Under the pieces are notes generated by a model, which was not told where the DNA came from, searched no databases, and worked only from the letters and a program-made list of their open reading frames with translations. A stretch of 64,000 bases of DNA from Fidelibacterota bacterium. GTDB lineage: Bacteria; Fidelibacterota; UBA8477; JABMPR01. Both the position numbers and the translations under genes were made by a program. The DNA lies in the NCBI GenBank assembly GCA_016845065.1, contig JAERTG010000050.1, forward strand, positions 129,948 through 193,947, in the 5' to 3' direction. Below, in pieces: positions 38,902 to 48,637 of this stretch; within the stretch, counting starts at the first letter, position 1; each line of letters starts with the position of its first letter.

Positions 38902-40119
38902 CTAAATCATTATGCCTGCGACAGTGGCAGTTAACCACGACGCTAAAGCTCCACCAATCATAGCCTTAAAGGCAACCTTGGATAGATCACCTCGTCGCTC
39001 AGGAGCCAACGCCCCGATTCCGCCAATCTGGATTCCGATTGAGGAAAAATTGGCAAACCCACAGAGGGCATAGGAACTAATGATCATGGACTTCTCATCA
39101 ATTTGTCCCATTACATCTTGTAGGTGGCTGTATGCAATAAGCTCAGTAAGTACAATCTTTTCTCCCATGAGTTGACCTACGAGAGTTACATCAGCCCAGG
39201 GGACGCCCATGAGGAACGCCAACGGGGAGAAAACCCATCCTAACATCTGCTGAATACTAAGACCGATCATGCCCAGTGCAAAATTTGCTGCTGCAACCAG
39301 GGCGACAATGGCTATGAGCATAGCCCCAACGTTTGCAGCCAGACGCATCCCATCAGAGGTTCCATTCGCAATGGACTCCATGACATTGCCCTGGGGCTTC
39401 TCAATATCCACCATTTTGTCTCCAGCAGTAGGGGAGTCCTCAACCTCTGGATAGATGATTTTAGCCAGAACTAAGGCAGCGGGAGCACTCATCACTGATG
39501 CTGCCATGAGATGTCCTGCAATATTGGGGATATCAGTGAGCCACTTGGCATAGATGGCCAGAACTCCACCAGCCATGGTTGCAAAACCACCTGTCATCAC
39601 AGCCATGAATTCACTTTTGGTCATAGTTTTTATAAAGGGACGAATCAAGAGTGGCGCTTCGGTTTGGCCGACAAATATGTTTCCTGAGGCGGAGAGTGTT
39701 TCAGAACCACTGGTGCCCATGGTTCTCTGCATCCCCTTTGCGATATATTTCACAACGACTTGCATGATTCCAAAGTGATAGAGGATTGCCATGAAGGCAG
39801 AAAAGAAAATAATTGTCGGGAGAATCTGGAAGGCAAAAAAGAATCCCAAACTATTCTCTTGCCCTGGACTTATCGCCAAGGCCCCAAAGAGGAACTCCGC
39901 TCCAGCATCAGAAAATGACAATAGTTTATTGATAGCTCCATCCAGAAACATGAAAACCGGTTTACCTACAGGTGTTGCCAGGATAAATATCGCGAAGGCG
40001 AGCTGGAGACCCAGCCCCCAGAAAACAACGTGATAATTAATAGCCTTACGATTGTTTGACATGAGAAAAGCAATTCCTAGAATTGCAGCAATGCCCAAAA
40101 ATCCAATTAGTCTATGCAT
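38902..40119 (-). CDS. nupC: NupC/CNT-family concentrative nucleoside transporter
   Basis: Multi-TM protein with NupC N- and C-terminal signature regions. Confidence 0.85.
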   Translation of the reverse strand: MHRLIGFLGIAAILGIAFLMSNNRKAINYHVVFWGLGLQLAFAIFILATPVGKPVFMFLDGAINKLLSFSDAGAEFLFGALAISPGQENSLGFFFAFQILPTIIFFSAFMAILYHFGIMQVVVKYIAKGMQRTMGTSGSETLSASGNIFVGQTEAPLLIRPFIKTMTKSEFMAVMTGGFATMAGGVLAIYAKWLTDIPNIAGHLMAASVMSAPAALVLAKIIYPEVEDSPTAGDKMVDIEKPQGNVMESIANGTSDGMRLAANVGAMLIAIVALVAAANFALGMIGLSIQQMLGWVFSPLAFLMGVPWADVTLVGQLMGEKIVLTELIAYSHLQDVMGQIDEKSMIISSYALCGFANFSSIGIQIGGIGALAPERRGDLSKVAFKAMIGGALASWLTATVAGIMI

Positions 40120-40122
40120 GGT

Positions 40123-40686
40123 CTATTCCTTTGGTTCTTCATAACAGTTTCGACATCTCGCTTCATAGGACTCGGCCTCACCAACCAAAATCTGATCCCC
40201 TGTGTTATTCAAGCGCTGAGTGAATCCAGCTGGATTACCACAGATAACGCAAATCGCCAAATTTTTGGTCACATATTCTGCGTCGATGATGAGATCAGGC
40301 ATGGGACCAAATGATTTTGCCATATAGTCCTTTTCAAGACCTGCCACGATGACACGTTTTTTTTGTTTGGCCAGAATCCGACATACTTCCACAATTTCAT
40401 CATCAAAGAATTGCGCCTCATCGATACCCACAACTTGAACATGTTTTGCCAGTGGCAATATATCTTTAGCAACTTTCACCTTAGTAGATTCGAGCTGTTG
40501 CTGGCTGTGAGAAACAATATGATCCTCGCTAAACCGATTGTCTATATCAGGCTTAAAGATGGCAACATGCTGTCGAGCGATCTGAGCTCGTCGAAGTCTC
40601 CTGATGAGTTCTTCAGTTTTACCACTGAACATGGATCCAGTAATCACTTCAATCCAACCACTGTGATGGGGCGCTAAATGCTCCAT
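40123..40686 (-). CDS. tdk: Thymidine kinase
   Basis: P-loop GSMFSGKTEEL and the C-terminal zinc ribbon CVICGNPAG...CRNCY. Confidence 0.9.
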   Translation of the reverse strand: MEHLAPHHSGWIEVITGSMFSGKTEELIRRLRRAQIARQHVAIFKPDIDNRFSEDHIVSHSQQQLESTKVKVAKDILPLAKHVQVVGIDEAQFFDDEIVEVCRILAKQKKRVIVAGLEKDYMAKSFGPMPDLIIDAEYVTKNLAICVICGNPAGFTQRLNNTGDQILVGEAESYEARCRNCYEEPKE

Positions 40687-40726
40687 AACCTAATCATCTC
40701 CTGAGTTTTTAATTTGAATCTGGTTC

Positions 40727-41113
40727 CTAAGAACCGAGATCCTGTTGACCGAAGGCCTGGGGCAATAATTGTGAAGAGCTTGTTTCAGTGCAGACTCCTG
40801 TTTCACTAACCAGTGTGATTGGTATTTCCCCACATAATTCCCATATAACCTGGCGACAGGCACCACAGGGGCTAACCCCATTTTCAGTAGCCACCACGAG
40901 ATGGGTGAAATTATTTTCACCAGCAGCAATAGCGGAAAACAAGGCAGTGCGCTCAGCACAAATCGTCAAGCTATAGCTGGCATTTTCAATATTACATCCC
41001 TGATATATTTCCCCATTGGCGGTTTCTAGAGCCGCACCAACGTGAAAATTGGAGTAGGGAGCATAGGCTTTTTTACGAGCGTCCAGGGCGACATCTTTAA
41101 GTTTGCTTTGCAT
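40727..41113 (-). CDS. cdd: Cytidine deaminase
   Basis: CAERTA and PCGACRQ zinc motifs. Start set at the internal ATG (41113), which overlaps the rhomboid stop by 1 nt. The ORF-track N-terminal extension was rejected. Confidence 0.85.
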   Translation of the reverse strand: MQSKLKDVALDARKKAYAPYSNFHVGAALETANGEIYQGCNIENASYSLTICAERTALFSAIAAGENNFTHLVVATENGVSPCGACRQVIWELCGEIPITLVSETGVCTETSSSQLLPQAFGQQDLGS

Positions 41114-41751
41114 TATGAATTCCCGCTTAGTCGATATTTGTGGTATATGCTGTAAAATACCAGTCCAAGAATAAATCCACCGATGTGCGCAATATAAGCG
41201 GTTGTGCCTTGAGGTGTCAGTATTTCGAATAAAAATTGTGTAGCGATCCAGATGCCAATGAACCACGCTGCCCTGATTTTTAAAAAGAGTACAAAAAAAG
41301 TCCAGGTTAAGATTTTAGCACTGGGGTATCGCAATGCGTAACTGGCTAAAACCCCGGAAATAGATCCAGATGCTCCAATGAGCAATCCGGGTCCATCAGC
41401 ACCAAAGTAGGGATCAAAATAAACCTCAAACAAGGCTGCACCTGCCCCACATCCTAGATAAAAGAGCAAGAAAAATTTTCGACCCAGGGACCCTTCCATA
41501 TTGTCACCAAAAATGTAAAGGAAGAGCATATTGAAAATCAGGTGACTCCAACTCCCGTGTAGAAACTGGTGTGTTATAAGACTAGGGAAAGCCTGAATTG
41601 GGTTGCTGCGAAACAAATCCTCTGAGAAAACGAACAAGTCAAAATTGTAAAAATAGGTGAGGAGATACAGGGCAAAGTTTGCAATAATAAGACCATAAGT
41701 GGTGTAGGGTTTACGTAGAGCAGGATTAGTATCTGAAATTGGAATAAACAT
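41113..41751 (-). CDS. Rhomboid-family intramembrane serine protease
   Basis: 6-TM protein with catalytic GASGSISG and HIGG. Confidence 0.8.
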   Translation of the reverse strand: MFIPISDTNPALRKPYTTYGLIIANFALYLLTYFYNFDLFVFSEDLFRSNPIQAFPSLITHQFLHGSWSHLIFNMLFLYIFGDNMEGSLGRKFFLLFYLGCGAGAALFEVYFDPYFGADGPGLLIGASGSISGVLASYALRYPSAKILTWTFFVLFLKIRAAWFIGIWIATQFLFEILTPQGTTAYIAHIGGFILGLVFYSIYHKYRLSGNS

Positions 41752-41752
41752 A

Positions 41753-43891
41753 TCACGAGGTCACTGAGAAAGTGTGTTTGAACTCTCTCACATTCCCAGA
41801 TTCATCACTGATCGAAACTTCAAAGATGTGTTGGCCCCGTCCAAGTCTGCTGGGCACATGGAATGAAAGTTCATGCCTAAGTGGATTATAGTCTGGAAAA
41901 AATAGTGATCCATCCAGTGTCGCTCTAATCCCTGTTCTTGGATATGTGATCACTCCTGTGTTGTCCCTGACATTAAAGACCAACCGTGTGCCACGTCGCA
42001 CTTTGGAGTAAGAATTTTGTGGGGTAATAATTGGTGCTTGATTGTCCTCGAACAGAAAGAAAGTCCCACCTTCACTAATCTCAAGCTCAAACTGCTTCGT
42101 GGAATCAGCAGAAATTTGACGTTGCCAGGTTTTCTTTTTACCTGGTGAAAATATAGCCAACTTCGGATTTTGTCCGGCGTTCTTAAAATATACTTTGCCA
42201 CTAAAATTACTTTGTGGAGTATTCAATACCCGCACAGAAAGCCCTGTCACGGGTTGGCTACCCATTACTCCCATGGCAGTATCAATTCTTACATATAGAT
42301 CAGCTTTACCGGAATTTGCCACGGTTAACTCAGCATTAATCAAATCGAGATTGAATCGATTAGCTTCTCCTTCCGATATAGGCTGCATTGGGTTCAGCTC
42401 AAGAGAAGTGAGCCGTTTTTGGCCACTAAGTAAATCAATGTTCTGGGCTAAAGCAGCATGACTCAACGGAATGATATCAGACTCTACAGAATTGGGGCTA
42501 GTTTGAACCAATTCACCACAAAATTCGATTTGATTTCCCGCCAGGGTATAAGCCAGTGGAAAGATAAGAGGTTCTCCACTTTCAATTATAATCACATACC
42601 CCTCGCCCTTTTTCCTCCAGCTATGGGTCAGATCCCAGATACCTTGATTCTGCGGGGGGATGATCCATTTTATTTTACCACCAGCCGATCCCAGAGCCCG
42701 TACTCCGGAACTAAAATTAGTATTCCCCAGGACCCATGTAGTGGAGTTCAGCCTGTAGAGTGTTTCCGCTACGGGAATATAGGTGTTGTTTCCAGTGAAG
42801 AATTGAATGTTTTCATAACCACTGTCAGGGAAATGACGTGTGATGACATATTTCTCACCCTCAACTTTGAGATCCCACCTTGCTGGTAAAGTCTCATGGA
42901 ATATGAGACTTTTACTTACCTTATTTCCAACTATATCAGTTACATCGACCTGGAGATGGGAGAGACCGGCCGGAGAAATCTCTCCATCAAGGAGATCAGG
43001 AACAAATGGGGATGCTTCACTTAAATGTTTGTTAAACAAGGACATAAAGCGCCACCCTCGTCTACCCTTCAGACCTGGATATACCTTATCAACATCATCG
43101 GTAAGCCGCATTGCTACTCGGTCAAATTCTCTGGCGAAGAACAGCGAGTCGTTTACCAGAAGCTTTGCACTATAGATATTGTATTTATTGTAGGTACCGT
43201 TGGCCCGATCATGGGTGTTGATGGCGACTCTAAAAGAACCTGTTACTGATACTGGTTTAATCTCAGAGCGCATATCGAAAATCACAGGGAAACGACTCCC
43301 ATTTATTTGACAACCCATGTCAACCGGAATAAGCAAAATCTCATCAAGGATGGGTGCAATCACATCTTTTATATCTGGATAAAATATTTGGGGATTAAGT
43401 ACCTGCCCAGTAGTATCCCTTATTTCAAAATGCAAATGCGGGTGTTCAGTTCCTGATGTTCCACTATATCCAATTATTGCTCCAGCTTTCACCGGATGCT
43501 CATCTGGATCGAATTTGAGGCGCATAGAGTATCTGTCTCGCGCCAATTGTTCGGAACGGATTTGGGATTCAATGACTGGACTGAATTGTTCGAGGTGTCC
43601 ATAGACAGCTACATTTCCGTCATTTAACCTCAGCCACACACCTTTGCCATAGCCATTATACCCAATCGCAATGCGCTCGATGTATCCATCCCCAGTGGCC
43701 AGACAGGGTACTTCCATTTCTCCCCAGGTTTTGATATCAACACCCGCATGCAGGTGCCCCGACCGATACTCTGAAAAGGTAGCAGACAAACTTTGGGAAG
43801 CCCTAATGGGCCAACGATAGCTTTGACCTGATAGGATTGAACCCATGACTAAAGTGATTAGGACGATTCGAAACATGGTGCATAAATTCAT
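41753..43891 (-). CDS. M23-family (LytM-like) metallopeptidase with a large C-terminal extension
   Basis: Signal peptide present. M23 motifs HAGVD and HLHFEIR near the N-terminus. 712 aa. Confidence 0.8.
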   Translation of the reverse strand: MNLCTMFRIVLITLVMGSILSGQSYRWPIRASQSLSATFSEYRSGHLHAGVDIKTWGEMEVPCLATGDGYIERIAIGYNGYGKGVWLRLNDGNVAVYGHLEQFSPVIESQIRSEQLARDRYSMRLKFDPDEHPVKAGAIIGYSGTSGTEHPHLHFEIRDTTGQVLNPQIFYPDIKDVIAPILDEILLIPVDMGCQINGSRFPVIFDMRSEIKPVSVTGSFRVAINTHDRANGTYNKYNIYSAKLLVNDSLFFAREFDRVAMRLTDDVDKVYPGLKGRRGWRFMSLFNKHLSEASPFVPDLLDGEISPAGLSHLQVDVTDIVGNKVSKSLIFHETLPARWDLKVEGEKYVITRHFPDSGYENIQFFTGNNTYIPVAETLYRLNSTTWVLGNTNFSSGVRALGSAGGKIKWIIPPQNQGIWDLTHSWRKKGEGYVIIIESGEPLIFPLAYTLAGNQIEFCGELVQTSPNSVESDIIPLSHAALAQNIDLLSGQKRLTSLELNPMQPISEGEANRFNLDLINAELTVANSGKADLYVRIDTAMGVMGSQPVTGLSVRVLNTPQSNFSGKVYFKNAGQNPKLAIFSPGKKKTWQRQISADSTKQFELEISEGGTFFLFEDNQAPIITPQNSYSKVRRGTRLVFNVRDNTGVITYPRTGIRATLDGSLFFPDYNPLRHELSFHVPSRLGRGQHIFEVSISDESGNVREFKHTFSVTS

Positions 43892-43987
43892 TTTTCCTCA
43901 ACACGAAGCAATGATTTTCAGGGTCAAATTGGAATTAATAAATAGGTCATTGATTCTGGAGGATATATCAGTTAAATAACTGACCTT

Positions 43988-44476
43988 ATGAGACTATTAA
44001 AATCAAAGCCGGAACCAGCCGAAATCCCCTACAGTTTTCAGGATAGATTTCAGAATATTCAACGAATTGCAATTATTTATCCCCAGGATGTGACCTGGCT
44101 TAGAATAGCTCGATATGCGCTCCAACGCATGTATAATCTACCTGAGCAATTCAGTTACATGTTATTGGTTCCTGATGCCAGCAAGGAGCAATCGCTTAAC
44201 ATACAGCATCAATACTTCGATATGAGATATGATCCAAGGTCTGAGGAGAGGATGAGCATTCAGAATAGTATCGTAGGATTTAACCCTGATATCTTACTTC
44301 AATTGGAACCGAAACCTGGTGATCGTCTAATCAGTTTAATCAAACAGGTGGATGTCTCTTTGAAAATTGGCTTTGGCGATGAGAAGTCAGACCTAAATGT
44401 AATCTACTCTCAGAGTGAGAGTGGCTTCTACGAAAAAAATATTTTAAATCTGATTGCTCTGCTGGAGAAGAAGTAG
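43988..44476 (+). CDS. Hypothetical protein
   Basis: ORF only, 162 aa. No recognisable motif. Confidence 0.4.
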   Translation: MRLLKSKPEPAEIPYSFQDRFQNIQRIAIIYPQDVTWLRIARYALQRMYNLPEQFSYMLLVPDASKEQSLNIQHQYFDMRYDPRSEERMSIQNSIVGFNPDILLQLEPKPGDRLISLIKQVDVSLKIGFGDEKSDLNVIYSQSESGFYEKNILNLIALLEKK

Positions 44477-44493
44477 AGGGTGATTTAGCGCAC

Positions 44494-44889
44494 TTACTGG
44501 TTGTGGTTGCGCTGATTTTGAGTCTCTTTACATGAGACATGGTACTTAGCGATTGGAGCTGCCATTAAACGACCTTCTTCAATTAACTCCCCACAGATGA
44601 TACATACCCCATAGGTTTGTTCTTCGACACGGTCGAGGGCCTCATCGACATCACTTAAGTATTTAGCTTGGCGATGGGCGAACAAACTGGTCTTTTCTCT
44701 TTCCGCCATATCAGTCCCTACGTCAGCCATATGATAGGTAGCAGAGGACAATTCACCAGCTCCTTCAGTAATCGTTTTGTTGAGTTCACTTTTCTGATAA
44801 TCAAGATCCTCAGCGATACGATTACGCTCATCCAGAAGTAGTTGTTTAAACTTCTTAAGTGTGGTTTTGTTGTACTTTTTTGCTGCCAT
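44494..44889 (-). CDS. DksA/TraR-family C4 zinc-finger transcriptional regulator
   Basis: Coiled-coil N-terminal half and the C4 finger CIICGELIEEGRL...C. Confidence 0.7.
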   Translation of the reverse strand: MAAKKYNKTTLKKFKQLLLDERNRIAEDLDYQKSELNKTITEGAGELSSATYHMADVGTDMAEREKTSLFAHRQAKYLSDVDEALDRVEEQTYGVCIICGELIEEGRLMAAPIAKYHVSCKETQNQRNHNQ

Positions 44890-45056
44890 TATTACCCTTC
44901 AAGTATTGCTTCGATTGTTGCAATATATCGTCTAAGTATGATTTTCCTAGCAAATTTAGCTCATTTAAAAACCTCTTGGCACCCCCTATGTGTCCGACTA
45001 CATTTGCGCGCTTTTATGAACGGTCATTTAATCATATTATAAAGGGTGAGGGTATA

Positions 45057-45398
45057 ATGGAAGATATTGTATGCCCGAATTGTGGCGAGGAATTATCAGA
45101 AGAGAAATTAGCTAAATCTCTCATCTGTCCGCACTGTGCAACAAATCTAAAAAATAAAAAATACATGGATTTCTTGGAATTCCTTATGGTGTCAGAAATT
45201 GTCCAGGATATCGATTTTTTTGATGAATCGGTATATGGTGATGAATACCTGAGATTTGAAGAGTCCGGTTTTGATGATCAGGATTTACCTGATACTCAGG
45301 CTGCTGAGATTGATTGGGATAAGGATCCTGATCATACTGAGGAAGAGTGGGGTGAAGACAATCCCAATCTTTCCAGAAACAAGCCCTGGCAGTCATAG
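45057..45398 (+). CDS. Small zinc-ribbon protein with an acidic C-terminal tail
   Basis: CPNCG...CPHC zinc ribbon. ATG at 45057 sits after a GGTGAGGGT RBS. The longer track ORF from 44859 was rejected. Confidence 0.5.
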   Translation: MEDIVCPNCGEELSEEKLAKSLICPHCATNLKNKKYMDFLEFLMVSEIVQDIDFFDESVYGDEYLRFEESGFDDQDLPDTQAAEIDWDKDPDHTEEEWGEDNPNLSRNKPWQS

Positions 45399-45428
45399 TC
45401 AGAGCCTCATACTGGAGAGGATCTTTTA

Positions 45429-45746
45429 ATGGAATCTAAGAGTAAACCAGCCCAACAGATTCAAATTCAAGTGAATGAAAAAGTAGCTGATGGTGAATAT
45501 GCGAACTTGGCTATAATCACCCATTCCGCTGCCGAATTTGTTATGGATTTTGTACGGGTCATGCCAGGTTCCCCCAAGGCTAATGTTCAGTCACGTATCA
45601 TTATGACACCTAGTCATACCAAAGCGTTACTTCGAGCCCTGGAGCAGAACATAACCAAGTACGAATCTGAACATGGTGAGATTAGAATGCCTGATCCCAT
45701 GGCATTTCCTGGTATGCCTCCCAAAACTGGGAACATGCCGAACTAG
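45429..45746 (+). CDS. DUF3467-family protein
   Basis: The segment GEYANLAIITHSAAEFVMDFVRVMPG matches the DUF3467 core. Confidence 0.6.
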   Translation: MESKSKPAQQIQIQVNEKVADGEYANLAIITHSAAEFVMDFVRVMPGSPKANVQSRIIMTPSHTKALLRALEQNITKYESEHGEIRMPDPMAFPGMPPKTGNMPN

Positions 45747-45770
45747 TACTAAACTAGCGATGTTTTTTTA

Positions 45771-45797
45771 AAGGGTCCATCTGGACCCTTTTTTTAT
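45771..45797. terminator. Bidirectional rho-independent terminator between DUF3467 (+) and copA (-)
   Basis: Hairpin aagggtcca-tc-tggaccctt flanked by A-tracts and T-tracts. Confidence 0.65.
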
Positions 45798-45799
45798 AT

Positions 45800-48022
45800 C
45801 TACTTAAAATACTTTTTGCTTCGCAATAGCAAGGTATTGGTTACCACAGATACTGATGAGAAAGCCATTGCCATTCCAGCGAACATTGGGTTCAGAAGTG
45901 TTCCAGTGAAGGGATATAGAAGTCCCATCGCAATTGGGATCCCCGCGAGATTGTAGATGAAAGCCCAAAACAAGTTCTGGTGGATTTTAGAAATCGTGGC
46001 CTGGGCGATCCGGTGTCCAAAAACTAGATTATTCAATGAGTTATTCATAAATATGATATCTGCTGCATTCACAGCAATATCGGTTCCACCACCAAATGAT
46101 AGGCCAATATCAGCTGCAACAAGTGCTGGCGCATCGTTAATACCGTCGCCTAGCATACCTACAATCTTCCCTTCAGCCCTTAAAGCCTTTATGTGGTCAT
46201 GCTTATCAGAAGGTAGTACTTCTGACCTATAGTTTTGGATTCCAATTTGATGGGCAACCTGACAGGCAGCTTCTTCCTTATCCCCAGTCAAGAGGTAAGT
46301 CTGGATACCTTTTTCTGCGAGGGATTGGATAACTGCTGAGCTTTCCGACTTAATGGTATCAGAAAAAGCCACCAACCCTATTGGAGTGTCTTCTGCAAAG
46401 ACAGCTGAAACAATATATCCCCTGGTATAATACGCTTCTACAGTGTCTGAATAACTCTGTGGAAGCTTATCGGAGGTGTCAATTTTTCGAACACGATACA
46501 GAGTTTTATTGTTGTATCCTTCAAGGCCTCGGGCTGCTTCCTCTTTCACATCTGACATCTGCAACATTTGGATGGATTGGCTTGTTCCGTAGTCAATGAG
46601 AGTTTTCGCCAGTGGATGCTGGCTATGCTGCTCAAGCCCCATAGCAATTGCCAGATAGTGTAAATCTTCCTGTGGATAATGATCCACCAGTCGAGGCTTT
46701 GATTCTGTAATAGTCCCTGTCTTATCGAATACCATCATATCTACTTTACTTAACAATTGAAACGCGTCAGCTGATTTGATGAGGATGCCACCTCTTGCAG
46801 CAATACCACTTCCAACTACCAGAGCTGTAGGTGTTGCTAATCCCAGAGCACAGGGACAGGCAATGATCAATACAGAAATCATTACATTTATTGCGAATGT
46901 TAATCCATATCCCAGCATAAACCAGGTGATGCCACTAAGGACTGCAAGTCCAAGAACAACTGGGACAAATACGGAGGCAATTTTATCTACCAATTTTTGA
47001 ATTTTGGGTTTACCCATTTGAGCTTTTTCCACAAGATCTATGATCTGCCCAAACATGGAATAACGACCCACTTTCTCAGCCCGAATAATTAGTCCAGCCT
47101 GAAGGTTCAAACTAGCGCCTATCACCTGGCCACCCCTGAGTTTTTCAACTGGAAGTGATTCACCGCTGATTGCTGATTCATCCACAGAACTAGCTCCCTC
47201 TATGACCATTCCATCAACGGGAATTTTTGAATGGGGGTTTACTCGAATTTCATCTCCGTTTTTAACCTCATTAAGAGGAACCGTTATCCAATTCCCATCC
47301 TTTTTTACTTCAGCCTCAGTAGGCATATGTTCCATGAGTCCTGTAAGAGCTTCAGTGGATTTCCCTCTAGCCATAGCTTCCAACCATTTACCAAAGGTAA
47401 TAAAAAGTAGAATAGTTCCAGCTGCTTCGAAATAGAGTGTTTGAAATCCAATCAGACCCCAGCCCAACTGTATGTTTAGTGCGGAAACAAGTGAATAGAT
47501 ATAGGCTGAGCCTGTTCCAAGGGCGACCAGTGAATCCATATTGGGTACAAGCATGAGCAAATGCTTTATCCCTCGGTGGTAATAACCAAATCCGCTGATC
47601 ACGAGGATGGTAGCCAAAGCCAATTGGACCAGGATATTCCATTGAACTGGAAGCAATGGGTTCTCCAACATCATTTCCAGCATAGCATAGATAAGTAAGG
47701 GGATTCCAAAAACTGCTTGAATCAATAGTAAACGCTTCCAGGTAGCAATGGTACGTTGTTGCCGATGAACGAGGGAGGATGAACCCTGTGGTTCCAGTTT
47801 ATAGCCTATTTTCGAAACTGCTTTAGTCAACCTATTTATGGGAATTGATTCATCCGAAGTCACAATAGCTGATTCTGTAGCCAAATTAACCGATACTTCC
47901 TTGACACCAGGCAAGCCTTTTATGGCTGATTCAACAGAGGTGACACAGGCAGCACAGCTCATGCCTTCAACATCAAACTGATAATTATGTGATGGGGGGA
48001 TATCTGTATCTTTTTCGGGCAT
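45800..48022 (-). CDS. copA: Copper-translocating P1B-type ATPase with N-terminal HMA domain
   Basis: GMSCAACVTSVE (HMA domain), CPC (ACPCALGLATP), DKTGTIT, and GDGINDAP. Confidence 0.95.
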   Translation of the reverse strand: MPEKDTDIPPSHNYQFDVEGMSCAACVTSVESAIKGLPGVKEVSVNLATESAIVTSDESIPINRLTKAVSKIGYKLEPQGSSSLVHRQQRTIATWKRLLLIQAVFGIPLLIYAMLEMMLENPLLPVQWNILVQLALATILVISGFGYYHRGIKHLLMLVPNMDSLVALGTGSAYIYSLVSALNIQLGWGLIGFQTLYFEAAGTILLFITFGKWLEAMARGKSTEALTGLMEHMPTEAEVKKDGNWITVPLNEVKNGDEIRVNPHSKIPVDGMVIEGASSVDESAISGESLPVEKLRGGQVIGASLNLQAGLIIRAEKVGRYSMFGQIIDLVEKAQMGKPKIQKLVDKIASVFVPVVLGLAVLSGITWFMLGYGLTFAINVMISVLIIACPCALGLATPTALVVGSGIAARGGILIKSADAFQLLSKVDMMVFDKTGTITESKPRLVDHYPQEDLHYLAIAMGLEQHSQHPLAKTLIDYGTSQSIQMLQMSDVKEEAARGLEGYNNKTLYRVRKIDTSDKLPQSYSDTVEAYYTRGYIVSAVFAEDTPIGLVAFSDTIKSESSAVIQSLAEKGIQTYLLTGDKEEAACQVAHQIGIQNYRSEVLPSDKHDHIKALRAEGKIVGMLGDGINDAPALVAADIGLSFGGGTDIAVNAADIIFMNNSLNNLVFGHRIAQATISKIHQNLFWAFIYNLAGIPIAMGLLYPFTGTLLNPMFAGMAMAFSSVSVVTNTLLLRSKKYFK

Positions 48023-48150
48023 TGGCGCTCTCTTTTTTTGTTTACTTCAGCATTGAACATGTTTAACTAAGTCAGGTTCTAAACGAAATAATCAGCTTTA
48101 CCACAATATGTCAATATAAAATAACTTTTAGTCTATCTGGAGGGGAAACC

Positions 48151-48351
48151 ATGTGGCAATCAAAAAAAGTCATTGTTATTGGATCTGGTTTTGCGGGTCA
48201 GACTGCCGCGCTCTACCTGGGTGATTCACTTTGGGATGGATCTGCAGCTGTGATAATCGCTCACCCCATTGTGCCTGATTGGAAGAAATACCCAGTGAGT
48301 GGGAGGGATATGTTTGTCTCAAACATGGAGATGGGACTGTCCGGTGCATGA
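48151..48351 (+). pseudogene. Probable N-terminal remnant of a FAD/NAD(P)-binding oxidoreductase (SQR/Ndh-like)
   Basis: 66-aa ORF. It begins with a dinucleotide-binding Rossmann motif KKVIVIGSGFAGQTAALYL and then stops. It is followed by ~285 bp with no ORF. Confidence 0.35.
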
Positions 48352-48637
48352 ATGAAGCGCATGATTCATACAACTTTCAACCACAAATTACGCGGTCGCA
48401 TGGGTTGGTCGCTAATTCCTGAATAGGAGCACCTCATGGAAATCACCAAAACTCAGCGTTTTCTTATGAACTGCAAAGCCTTTCAACTTTATCGCTTTGT
48501 TGTATTGAACCTGAAAATACTCAAAGGTGTAAGTCAGGCGAAACGTTCTTAAGCGATCATCACTGCACAGCAAATCTATCTCAATAATTATATTGCATTA
48601 TATTTGTGATAATTATTATCATGTAATTACTTGATGA

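Noticed and set aside
40727-41266. 179-aa version of cdd with an N-terminal extension overlapping the rhomboid gene
   Set aside because: The extension has no similarity to cytidine deaminases and overlaps a well-supported gene. The internal ATG at 41113 gives a canonical ~128-aa Cdd.
44859-45398. 179-aa ORF starting at an alternative start codon far upstream
   Set aside because: The N-terminal 66 aa overlap the DksA/TraR gene on the opposite strand and lack features. The ATG at 45057 has a good RBS and yields a compact zinc-ribbon protein.
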